NCBI GenBank assembly: GCA_013115145.1
Contig: JAAPAO010000017.1
Location: forward strand, 1 to 64,000
DNA: 64,000 nt
Direction of reading: 5' to 3'
Origin: Perkinsus chesapeaki ATCC PRA-425
Taxonomy: Eukaryota > Protista > Perkinsozoa
Each line of letters starts with the position of its first letter. Position 1 is the stretch's first letter. The notes beneath the pieces are model-generated. The model saw only the letters and a program-made list of their open reading frames with translations, was not told where the DNA came from and did no database searches. Positions 1 through 14,265 of the stretch are shown here, in pieces. The translations under genes and the position numbers were made by a program.

Positions 1-341
1 CAACCATCCTAACATAATGCCAGGTTCTTGTGTTGATGAAACTACTGTTACGTCTCGGGATGACTTGCTACACGCGTGCAGCAGCGGAGCGAAGCATTTC
101 ACGTTTACAGTAATTGTCTATCATGTTGTGCTTCTCCCGAGACGGTAGTGAAAAGTGTGGCATTAGGAGGAACAAGTGGACAATTGAAGGCCTTGTCGCC
201 GTCTGGAATTGATGAGCTGCATGAAGCAGCCTGCATCCTGCGAAAAATAACAAGACTTCTGGGCTTTTTCCACTTTTTATTCGGTAGGGATGGGGCCTTG
301 GCGGTTGTTATTGTATATATGAGCTTTTGGTGTTTATTGGT

Positions 342-2832
<2,491 letters not shown>

Positions 2833-2893
2833 TTGATGATCCTGAGGTAGTAGTAGAAGTAGATGGGAGGGGTGTGAGAATGTCATGTGGTCA

Positions 2894-4200
2894 TCAGGCG
2901 CTATTAGGAGTTATACTGGCTATTTTGAGTGACATACTTATTTCTGATGAAACCCTATGAACGCTGTTAGTCCCACTGCTGCTGCCGCCGATGCTACTGC
3001 TACCGGTGCTTGGCCTCCTCATCTGTGTAGTGATGTGAGTGCTCAATGATGTGAGGCAAAGAAAAGAAGAAGGAACTTGTGATACACTTTCTGTTTTTAC
3101 GAAATTTCTATCAGTTTTCGCAGAGGCCCTCCTCAGAGTTGCCCAGGGTAACCTCTCGATCATGTACCCCCTTTACCTTCTTCTCCGGTGGTTTATTACA
3201 TACCATCAGGGGCTCTGCGTTTATTTATGTTTGCCTTATTCCGCCTCCTACTTCTTTTCTGCTGCTGCTCCCTCTCTCCCCTTCTGCACCTTGTATTATT
3301 CATAACTATTCTGCTGCTCCGAGCTGCTGCCACACTACTGCTTAGAATAATCCCAGCACTACTTGTCAATGTAAAGGTAACCTTTGTATCACCTTCCTAT
3401 TGAGTTTGAGTAACACTTGTCATTATTGGGGCAGAGGTGAGGGCATGACCTCCTCATTGCCGAGCTCAGCCATCCCAGAGGGAAGTAGGCCGTCAGAGGT
3501 GGTCGATCTGTGCTCGTTTAGCGACACTTCCTCGCCTTATCATGGCGCCTTGCATTCGGATAACGGAGGTCAATTCATGTAGGCAAAAATGGGGAAAGGG
3601 TTGCAGCTTTCACAATAGGTCTCCTATGTATCCTCGGCGGAGCGCTCGCTTGGAGGTGAAGGTCGAGCAGAGAGAAGAAGATTCTTTGGAGTTCTCAAGA
3701 CCGGGGTGAGGAATGCTAGGATGGTTTCATAAATTGCTCAGTTGGACTCTGAAATTTCGTCGTCAACGAGCGAAATGCGTATAATTGAAGGGAGTGTAAG
3801 ATTCAACTGAGATCCCGTGAGATCATTCTCACTCGATAGGGCATTGTAGCACTGGGGAGAACCAAACGCTACCGTATTTTAGGGCAAAGAACACGCCTCA
3901 GCGGGCTAGAGCTCGGGCAGTGAGAACTAGTCCGATGGCCACCCCTCGACAGAAGTCGGTTGCTGTTGGTACAACCCCTGCGGAGTTGGGGAAAGCAACT
4001 CCTCCCCGTAAAAGGTACATATGATTTAGTTGTTAGGATAACAACGAGCTGATGCTTTCCGTGTTCTAGAGTTGGGGGTGAAGAGCGGGCAGTAGCTAAC
4101 CCGGAACTGTTGAACAGCTTCAAGGAAATTGAAGCACAGGTGATGAAGGTGACTTTATTAGCTTCTTGCCTATATGAGTCTAATTCATGTAACCATAGAA
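2894..4200 (-). CDS. Possible hypothetical multi-exon protein (structure unresolved)
   Basis: Short open segments separated by intron-like AT-rich stretches on the minus strand. No recognisable domain, and I could not build a consistent splice path. Confidence 0.25.
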
Positions 4201-4245
4201 TATTACTGCACACCTGTTGTTAATAGAAAAGTTTATATGTAACAG

Positions 4246-5477
4246 TGGTATATTAATAACCTCCATCTCTGCTCTGAACTTCACAATAATGTGGCTTATG
4301 ATATTTTTATCCCTTTCCACGACAACATCCCACCGACTCTCCTTTGCATCATCATCATCAGTTACGGTGTCCAGTCTGTAAAGGTTTCCTCGATGCTCCC
4401 ATGATGGCCAAATGCTCCCATGTCTTCTGCAGTCTATGGTAGTAGTAATCAATTTAGGATATCTCACCACTTGCTCTTCCAGCATTCGCCGTCATTTGGA
4501 GTTGGTCTCCCAGACCTGCCCAGAATGCAACGCCCATGCATCGGTGTCATCTCTGGTCAAAGAGCCTAGACTGGCAACGATGGTTCGGCTTATCAGCGAG
4601 AACAATACCAGGAAAAAGATACGGCGAGTGATACAGCTCCTCGCCGCCGGTGGACACTTCTGTACAGGCGATTCGGGTGGCGGACGCTGCAGAGGTCTCC
4701 TCGGTTAAGGAGGGCAAAAACCCAGTGTTCATACGGCAGAAGTTATCGCAGTCACAAGGCACGGCCATCACCACTCGTCCGACTTTGCCTATCTTCAGAG
4801 GTGAGCCTTAAGTAGATGTATATCGGTATGTATGGTGGCAGGTAAGAAGGATCGTGAAGTTCAGGAAATGATGCGAAGGGACGGCCTCGACGTACCTTAC
4901 CCTTGGAAGAGAGATGATGCCATCGGCGATATCAAAGAGTAGAGAAGGTTACCATTAAGAAGTGTGATACCTCGCCCTATGATCAGATACCACTTCAGGT
5001 TACAGGCTGCATATGATGGTAGAAGGATGGGAGCATTAACTCAGGAGCCGACCAGGCAGGGAGTCCTCAGAGCAATGCAGGCTGAGAAGGGCAATCCGAA
5101 GGTAAGGCTCGAGTGTACTGAGTACAGCTACTTGCTGGCAGCGTGGATTGGTGAAGACAGAGATGAAATCGACCGAGGCCAAGGAGCAATTTGAAGAGGC
5201 ACGGTGGCACATGCTCCGAATGCTACAGAAAGGCGTGCAAAAAGCACGTCGAAAAGGTGAGTTTGATAGTACAGACTGCTCGTTTGAGGCTAAAGTCTCT
5301 TCAGGGAGCTTGAAGAGGAAATGGGTGGATGATTGGGACAGTAGCACAATTGAGCACCAAGAGCAGTTGGCAGCGGCAGCAGCCAAGCGAGCTCGAACAG
5401 ACCCGCCGGCCAGAGCCACTTACCCGATCTTTGGTATAGCTGCAACAGCACAACTTAGGAAGCCTCCTGATGTCTAG
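4246..5477 (+). CDS. RAD18: RAD18-like RING-HC E3 ubiquitin ligase
   Basis: Splicing gives SELHNN|LRCPVCKGFLDAPMMAKCSHVFCSL|CIRRHLELVSQTCPEC, which matches the Rad18 RING (yeast [31 protein letters not shown]..CPLC). A later SAP-like segment reads TLPIFR|GKKDREVQEMMRRDGL. Start codon not resolved. Confidence 0.72.
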
Positions 5478-5872
5478 CACCACAGTTGTACTATTGCTTA
5501 CCAGCTATGCATAAATGAAACATAAATACTAATTACAGTTTGCAGTTTGGGAATTAAGGGAGTTTGGTTCGCCTAGTGAGCTTTGTATCTCGGCAATGGA
5601 ACTTCCTACGTGAGCAACCTCCACCCAAATGATTGATCCAAATCAATCTTGTGGTTCAAGTAGCTTTACCGGTGGTACACGTATCGAAAGAATCCTCTCT
5701 TAATTGACTTCACGAAATGCTATATCATGTCACAATACAACGTCATGATGCAAGTCATGGTGAACGATAAACATAAACGGACCGAAGCGATAAATGGCTA
5801 GTTGTTGATCAGCACTTGTATGAAGTTTATTAACTAACAGTTAAAGTTTTAACAACAACCGCCACCGACACA

Positions 5873-6788
5873 TTAGGCATCCAGAGGAGCTATGAACGGC
5901 CTTGGAATGGAACACTCGGGCCTATCGCAGGAATGACGTGAAGGCCAGTTGACCTTGCCACACATGCAGATCCAGCTGCCGGGAAGGCTATCCTGGGCTA
6001 CGGGGGAGTTCCATGGCATTGTTTCGGTGAAGAGAGTTCTGACCAGGTCGGCTAAGCGTTGTTGGCTGCTTAGTCTGTCAGCTACTTTAACTGATGCACA
6101 GCTCGGTGATACCGATCCTGAGGTTGAGTCGTCATTGTCTAGTTCGATTTCTGGCACGTCGTCTGCCATGTCACCGGCACATTCCTGTAGTGCGGCCGGT
6201 GTGCTTTCTCCCAGGGATTCATGAGTCACCTTGAAGAGCTCTCGAACGTATTCAGTGTGCATCAGATCGTCTGTTCCTCGTGACTTGTAGCAGTTCTTCC
6301 CATTACACCTTGTACGAGCCGGCCAATTGACGTTGTTACAAGAGGAGCATATCCAGGCACCACGTGGGGCCTTGATGAACTGCTGGACCGTAAGCGAGTG
6401 TGGCTGGAACTGGAGGGGAATATCGCCCGTTGCATGAGCGTGGATCACAATGCAGTCTTCCCGAGTCAAAGGCCTCACAGCCGAACACTCTGAGCATCTG
6501 GGAGCCAAAGGGTTTGGCTCCTCATGGCCTGGGATAACTCATCAGTAGGAAGATACTCGAGTTAGAGCTTACCGCAGTCCTTGCAAGTCCACGGTTCTAG
6601 CGGTCTAGGCGACTGGCACTTCCTCATATTGCAGAATAGTTTTTCCCGAAAGTTAATATTTTTGCAGCGGATGCACTTCCAGCCCCCTCCCTCCAGCGTG
6701 GGGGACACGAATTCCTGAAAATAAGCGAGTGGCTGTATGTCGTAGTGGGCTTATATCAAACCTTCTTTTTTCGATGAGCGAATCGCAT
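5873..6788 (-). CDS. RanBP2-type zinc-finger protein (4 fingers), probable RNA-binding
   Basis: Four W-x-C-x(1-2)-C...C-x(2-4)-C units after splicing: WKCIRCKNINFREKLFCNMRKC; WTCKDC|GHEEPNPLAPRCSEC; WICSSCNNVNWPARTRCNGKNC; WICMCGKVNWPSRHSCDRPEC. Start approximate. Confidence 0.82.
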
Positions 6789-7438
6789 GGGTTCCTCTGA
6801 CGAGCACTTCGGTTTGGCAGACGCTATCACACCTCCGCTCGAGACCATCAGCGAAAAGAGGAAGCCCTATCACTTAGAAGTGGTGACACGCACACACGAA
6901 GTTCCAAGGTTTTTAAAGTTTGTAACCGTTAGATATGTTTCGCACTGTAAATATTGCACAATCATCGTACGAGTAACCGACAGATGAGGGGAAGGCTCCG
7001 AAGGTAGTTGAAGGTGGTTTATTTAGATATTCATCCGCACTCATCTGATACAAGCTTTAGCTGCCCTCATCATGCACTAAGGACGAATATTTTGTGGGGA
7101 CATTGCTTTGTGTGGATAGTTGTAGACAGCTTCCAACACACAAGCCGAAGCGCTAGCCATATCTGAGAACGACACACTCCGGGCTCATCAATTCTGGCCA
7201 CTTAATTCGCACTTTTTAGTATTTACGATTCTGTTAGGAGCTCCAATAAAGGGTTTATGGGTACTATTAGACACTCACAGTAGAACTAGGAACGTGGTCT
7301 CTGGTCAACTCGTAAGCGTCTCGCTGTTCGGTCAAGCTTTGGAGACTCTGTCACTTGATATCTTGCATCGTCTTATTACTCCTTAACGCAAGCTCTTTCA
7401 GTACACGGCTATCTTAAATCAGTCTTAGTGAACTTAAA

Positions 7439-8251
7439 ATGGCGAACGAGTGTGAGAAGAATGTATACCTTTCCAAGCTGGCCGAGCAGGCTGAGCGTTA
7501 CGATGAAATGGCGTCGTATATGAAGGCTGTCGCTGAGGAGAAGGGCGATCTTAGCGTTGAGGTAGGGGGAAAGATTGGCAGCAGCTGTGCTAGAGGAATA
7601 GCCTGAGCTTGGTGATGATTGATTTGTTTTTTGTAGGAGCGTAATCTCTTGTCTGTTGCCTACAAGAACGCTGTTGGTTCTCGACGTGCCTCGTGGAGGA
7701 TTGTCTCGTCTGTTGAGCAGAAGGAGGCTTCTAAGGGCAACGAAAAGAATGCCGAAATCGCTAAGGGTTATAGAGAGAAGATTGAGGGCGAGCTCCAGAC
7801 AATCTGTGATGCCATCCTTGAACTCCTCGACAAGTCCCTTATCCCCCACTCCCAGACTGGTGAGTCTAAGGTCTTCTACTACAAGATGAAGGGTGACTAC
7901 TACCGTTACATTGCTGAGTTTAGCACTGGTGACAAGAGGAACAAGGCCGCCGATAACGCCGACCAAGCTTACAAGGATGCTACCAACATCGCTCAATCCG
8001 AATTGCAAGTTACTCACCCTATTCGTTTGGGACTTGCTCTCAACTACTCTGTATTTTACTATGAGGTCTTAAACCAGCCCGAAGAGGCTTGTAAGATGGC
8101 TCGTAAGGCATTTGAAGACGCCATTGCCGAGCTTGATAATGTTAGTGAGGATAGCTACAAGGACTCTACTCTCATTATGCAACTACTCAGGGATAACCTT
8201 ACTCTCTGGACCTCCGACCAGGATGGTGCAGCTGAGGGTGGTGCCCAGTAA
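7439..8251 (+). CDS. 14-3-3 protein, copy 1 (one intron, 7562-7636)
   Basis: [28 protein letters not shown]|[63 protein letters not shown]. Confidence 0.98.
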
Positions 8252-8829
8252 TTATCCTCTTAATAGAGGTAAACTTCCTTGAGGAAGTGGTGGTTGACTA
8301 TTCTCATTCGTTTATGCTTTTAATAATGAGTTGATAACGATGTTCGCGAGTGTAGCCTTCCATCTACTTTTTCTATTACCATTAAAAACGAGTCCTATCG
8401 ATGATACAACTACTACTTGTTATTATTCATTAGATGAGTGTTGTGATGATGATGACGAAAGTCTGTGATAACAGCCACAGTCGGTGGTAGTTACAGCATA
8501 CAGGTTATCCGGTAAAAATAATAATACTTTCTCATCTGCCTTCCTTAGCAATCTGCCTCCTCCTCCTACTGCTCGTAGTGTACCAGACTTATGCTGTTAC
8601 CGTGGTCAGTATCTCCTGTACACATCACAACATCATTTGAGAGTGCTTCGCTGCCGAGGCAGAAGATCCGAGTGTGTTGAGTGTTAAGTTACAAAGGGCA
8701 ATAGGAGTTTCTTATTCAAGGAGGGGGATGAACCACTAGTCAATGGGATTAAGCCTCTCGTGTCGGTTGTACTTGGTCGGTTCGCTTTCTTGGCGAACTG
8801 CACGGAGTAGTAAATATAGTACAGCCTAT

Positions 8830-9300
8830 TCTGACAGAGCAGTGGTCAATTGTTAGCTATTGTTTACTATAAGGGGACAGGGTAGCACGGCTTTGACATC
8901 ATGGGGATTCGTGCGCTGCTTTCACTTCTCTGGGCTCTCCTTGTGCGCCTGTAATGCGCGCCGTCCCCGCTTGGTGGCATCACAAGGCTTCACTTGATGT
9001 AGATAGCACGGAAGTCGGTGTTAGGTTATCCTAACGTCGACAGAGGCTGTACGTTCCAGAACAGTCCAGATGCGTTCCTGGCTGTCTAACTCGCAAGCTC
9101 CTATCGATTAATACCATGGAGTATTCACCTGAGAAAGTGTAGCTTGAGCTCGGACTGGAGATTCCGGTTTGAACGCATCTCTACGGGTAGATGTCGAGAG
9201 TGCACCAGCGATAAGTTCGCTCAGTTTTGGTTCGAAACCTTTGAATGCAAACTCGGTATTGTTTTCCAAATATCGCGAGAGATGATATGCTTAGTAGGTT
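8830..9300 (-). CDS. Possible hypothetical coding fragment
   Basis: An open minus-strand segment LSRYLENNTEFAFKGFEPKLSELIAGALSTSTRRDAFKPESPVRAQATLSQ ends at a GT donor. No homolog recognised. Confidence 0.25.
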
Positions 9301-10658
9301 GGGAAAAGTCATAGTCTAACGAGGTTTGTAATCGCTGCATTAGTGGAGGAATATCTCAAGGTTAGCTGATCATGGCCGCTCGAGTCACTATGACCGTGCC
9401 TGGTGCTCTAGTCTCTTTCACGCGAGTGCCGGTGAGGATAATGATCAAACTAGTTGGGTAGCACTGTAACACTACGGACTTGGTTTGCGCCACTGCGTCT
9501 TACAGAGTTAATATAGTAAGGATCGCCAAGTTCATGACAGTTTTTATCCTCATTCTGTGAATTGGCTACAAGCGTAGGGGTACACACCGTTGCACAACAT
9601 ACCAAAGCGTGCATAGTTTGACCTGATTTACTCGATAGCTCATTCTGCCAAGGTCATTTGCTAGGCGAATTGTAGATGGTCCTACTACACGTCAAGTTAA
9701 GACCTAATTTTCCCGCACAGACTAACCCTGAATGCAATACGCATCCTCGGAGATGCGTACATCTGATGCACAGAGTTCAAGTCTCAAAGTTGTTGGGAAT
9801 CGCAGTTTTCAAACCGAAACTGAGCATGTTCCCTGTGGAAGGCAACCTGTTCCGTGAACGGTGCACCGCAATACGACGGTGCGCACCGGGTTCGTGAACA
9901 TCCTAGCGCACGCGTGTCCCTTTGTGTGCTGTTGTGTCGCATGTCAATTGCATGTGCGGTATCTTGTTCTTCTACTAACCCACTACCGCCCGGCAGGAGT
10001 TCCGTAGCCTACGGATTAGACGGTTACGCTAGTAGCGTAACGCTACGGACTGTAGCGCAACCCTTCACAGGTTTTGACATACATTGCACGGTTCGTGGAC
10101 GTGCCGATCGTCTCTACCACACGGTGTCACGCGTGATGCATACAAGGGTAGATTCGCATCATGAAGCGAGGTGAAGTGGCCGGTCTCGAATCACTCATCG
10201 TTAAGGATGGGTTGCCATGTCCAACCATCGTCACAATGTGCGATACCTCTCCAAAACTCACGGTTGGCAGAGTGCCTTTTGCAGTATTCATCTCTGCCCC
10301 TTTGTTCGGGTAAAACACATGCCGCATGCCGAAGTATGTTTGTAGGGCAAGTAGCTAATGGAAAGGTCCGCGAGGGATTTCTTCAAGAACAACATTCGGC
10401 ATTCTTCCGTTTCAACAGTGCGCCTCGCCCATGTGACCCGTGCCACACAGACCACCATGCAGACTGTACGTGAAGCGCGGTGATTAAGGAGTGTGCTCAT
10501 ACGGTACAGAGCCTACACATAAATCATTTATGATAAAAGAGCCTGCTGTTTGCCGGTAACATCTTGAGAACAGTGGCTGTAGTGGCGTCACTTGCATAGA
10601 TGAGAATCCCGGAACTCGAATGAGCGTCATAGCTCATTCTAGACTATTCTAGTGACTA

Positions 10659-10935
10659 CAAGGTGTCCCGTCGGGACAGTGTCCCGGACAGCCCCGAAAA
10701 AGGTACGCTTTTTCGAATACTTTTCGCAGGAGGAAGAGTATGGTGGCATTCGAAAGCTCTTCAGAGTGACTTCCTAATGATGATATTCGATAGGGTTGGC
10801 GATAGATCCTAATCTCAAACTTCCTGAGAATCGGTTACAATGAAGGAGGTCAGACTTAGCCGTTTAGTTAGGGTAAAATACTAGGGCTGCCCTGCTGCGC
10901 TACGGACAAAAAACTGTTTTTTCCGGGACACCGTG
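10659..10935. mobile_element. Tc1/mariner-type MITE (277 bp, TA-flanked)
   Basis: TA at 10657-10658, then CAAGGTGTCCCG; ends CGGGACACCGTG, then TA at 10936-10937. The terminal inverted repeats match 11/12. No coding capacity. Confidence 0.7.
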
Positions 10936-11106
10936 TAGTAACGAATGCTGAGAAAACCGCGAATGCCGGCTGTGGATGCGCAAGAGTTGATTGAAATGTA
11001 GCGTCACCTGGACCTGAATCTTGCGCACTTGCAGTTTTCAAGTTGTGCACGTCTGCCCACCGACAAAAAGTGCCCGTACGTGGTATATCATATTTCTGCA
11101 TCTACA

Positions 11107-11902
11107 ATGGCTGACGAACGTGAGAAGAATGTTTATCTGTCAAAGCTTGCTGAGCAAGCTGAACGTTATGATGAGATGGCTTCATTTATGAAGGCAGTCG
11201 CTGAAACTAACGGCGAGTTGAGTGTTGAGGTAACACTAATTCTTGTTTTTGCTTCCCTTCCTTATTGCACTGCATCGTTCTCTGCTTTAGGAGCGTAATC
11301 TCTTGTCTGTTGCCTACAAGAACGCTGTTGGTTCTCGACGTGCCTCGTGGAGGATTGTTTCATCTGTTGAGCAGAAGGAGGCTTCTAAGGGCAACGAAAA
11401 GAATGCCGAAACTGCTCAGGCTTTCAAGGAGAAAATAGAAGCCGAGCTTCAAGGCATTTGCGACACCATTCTGGAGCTTTTGGATAAGAATCTTATTCCC
11501 CACTCGCAAAGTGGCGAGTCGAAGGTATTTTACTACAAGATGAAGGGTGACTACAACCGCTATATTGCCGAGTTTAATTCTGGTGAAGGCAAGAGCAAGG
11601 CGTCTGAAGCAGCTCATCAAGCATACAAGGACGCTACTGCCATTGCCCAGTCTGATTTGCCGGTGACACACCCCATCAGACTTGGTCTGGCTCTCAACTA
11701 CTCCGTTTTCTACTATGAGGTTTTAAATCAACCTGATGAGGCATGCAAGATGGCTAGACAATCCTTCGAGGATGCCATTGCCGAGCTTGATAATGTCAGC
11801 GAGGACAGCTACAAGGACTCTACGCTCATTATGCAGCTTCTTAGGGATAATCTGACTCTTTGGACATCTGATCAGGATGGTGGAGCCGATGCTGCGCAGT
11901 AG
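11107..11902 (+). CDS. 14-3-3 protein, copy 2 (one intron, 11230-11290)
   Basis: Same 14-3-3 motifs and the same intron position as copy 1; carries the variant GDYNRY. Confidence 0.98.
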
Positions 11903-12547
11903 GGCGGATTGTCGACGTTGTGTTGAGAACTTTAAGTGGCGGTTATCAACTATAACTATGCGATGCTCTTTGATTGGTCATTAGAGACAAATCAATGATG
12001 ATTCATTCTCAATTATATTATTAATCAGTGTAGAGTTTATATTACAGTGGGCGGGTGTCTGTGATTGATAATCTCCTGTGGTTCGAGAGCGCTGTATGGG
12101 TGTATTAATGTTTTAAGTGTTCAGCGACCCTAACTCACCGCTTATATCGGCAATGCTGTATTGGAGAACTTCAGTTGATCTTTGGGAGTGCGGATGATAT
12201 TTTAATTCAACGTCATTTTTCTGACAATTAAGTTCAACGCAGATTTTAGCATGCTTGTGGGGATCCATTGGCCTGCGTCTTGCTTAGTCATGCTCGGGTT
12301 AGTACGACTTGAGAAAGCGGCAAGGTTTAGCCCATTTCATTTCGGTTCATATCCGAAACCGAAAGAATCTTTCGGGTGCGCCGGAAGGGCGGGCGAAACT
12401 ATTTGTTCTGCAAGCCGTTTCATCGACTGTCGTTAGCCGCAGCGAGATGTGCTCGGGTGTATGCTGGTAGTAGTAGAACTGCTAAGTATAACCGTGATCA
12501 ATGTAGTGTTCAGCTCAGTTCTGCGCTTAATTTGTTCATCGTAAAAC

Positions 12548-13338
12548 ATGGCTGATGAGCGTGAGAAGAACGTGTATTTCTCCAAGCTGGCTGAGCAGGC
12601 TGAACGTTATGACGAGATGGCTAATTACATGAAGACTGTTGCTGAGATGGGATCTGAGCTGAGTGTCGAGGTATAGTGGACCATCTGCTTGGCTTTGCCT
12701 CGCCACGTTATTGGCTTTCTTGCGTGTAGGAGCGTAATCTCTTGTCCGTTGCCTACAAGAACGCCGTTGGCTCTCGGCGTGCCTCGTGGCGAATCATTTC
12801 GTCCGTCGAACAGAAGGAAGCGTCCAAGGCCAACAGCTCCAACTCTGAGATCGCTAAGGGCTACAGGAAGAAGGTCGAAGACGAGCTTCAGGAAATCTGT
12901 GATACGATTCTCCAACTCCTAGACAAGTACCTTATCCCTAGCTCACAGAGCGGCGAGTCCAAGGTCTTCTACTACAAAATGAAGGGAGACTATTACCGCT
13001 ACATAGCTGAGTTTAACTCAGGTGAGGGTAAGAGTGCTGCGGCTGAGAATGCTCATCAAGCATACAAGGACGCTACTGCCATTGCCCAGTCTGATTTGTT
13101 GGTTACCCATCCCATCAGACTTGGTCTGGCTCTCAACTTCTCTGTTTTCTACTATGAGGTTTTGAATCAACCTGATGAGGCATGCAAGATGGCTAGACAA
13201 GCGTTCGAGGATGCCATTGCCGAGCTTGATAATGTGAGCGAGGACAGCTACAAGGACTCTACGCTCATTATGCAACTTTTGAGAGATAACTTGACTTTAT
13301 GGACCTCAGACCAGGACGGTGGTGATGGTGGAGCATAG
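12548..13338 (+). CDS. 14-3-3 protein, copy 3 (one intron, 12671-12729)
   Basis: Same 14-3-3 motifs and the same intron position. Confidence 0.98.
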
Positions 13339-14265
13339 AGTGTATGTATATCTCGGGATGATGTCAACCCATATTATCATCTATAGCGTTGAGTGTCTCG
13401 ACCGTAGTAGTGTATTCATGGCTCTCATTGTTTAAAGCTGCATGCGGGAGTGATAAGCATGAGTAGTAAGATAACGCTGAATTTTCCTGCTATGATTTTC
13501 TGCATACTGCTCTGGTTGGTGTTGTGCAAGTATGGGAAGTGCTGTAAATGCAAATACATCGTATGAAGGGATACGTCTAGTAGCATCGAAATCGTTGAGG
13601 GTGTGTGTGTATGGATGGTAGATTTGGGAAGATTCGGAAGGCACTCCGTAGCTACCGTCCGATCCAAAGTCAGTACCTCATGTGTTTACGGGCCGTATTA
13701 TGATTAACAGATGTACTTGCTGTTGGATTGTTTGAGAATATGCTCGCGACAATGTAGAGTGTACGGGGGAGTAAACTCATGTCATGTCAAGTAGACAAGT
13801 CGGACTAAGTCCAGCTGACTGAATCGTTGTCTAATTGAAGACTGCTTCAAAGCAGTCGAATTTACGGATTGAGCTCAAGTCGATTTGAATAGGAAATGTC
13901 AGCTTTTAGGTGTACGGTTATAATAATAACAAACGTCACAGTATTTCGATGTGTGCTGGAACATAGGCTTCCATCAGACACACAATAGCACGATAGAAAT
14001 CTGGATTTGGACGGCGGTATAGTGTAGCTCCGTATCTTTGCCACTAGTTAAACAAAAACATTATTAATGATCGGATACCACTCGTAGCACCACAAGTGAT
14101 CGATAGGAGAATCGGCGGACCAAAGTTACAGTGCTTACCTTGACTAAGCAGTTGCACGTATTGGTGACAATAGTTGTCTCCAAATGGCACTTACAACATT
14201 GCAAATAGAGTAGCCGAAAAAAGATGAATTGACGGCAACTGTTGAATATACAAAACCACAAATGT

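Noticed and set aside
11545-11565. GDYNRY instead of GDYYRY in 14-3-3 copy 2 as a possible loss of the phospho-binding pocket
   Set aside because: The changed residue precedes the Arg-Tyr pair that binds phosphate and varies naturally (H or F in other 14-3-3s). The pocket residues are intact.
7409-13275. Long antisense ORFs over the 14-3-3 genes (7409-8017, 11360-11671, 12625-12915, 13018-13275)
   Set aside because: They are shadow frames of strongly codon-biased genes and have no independent protein features.
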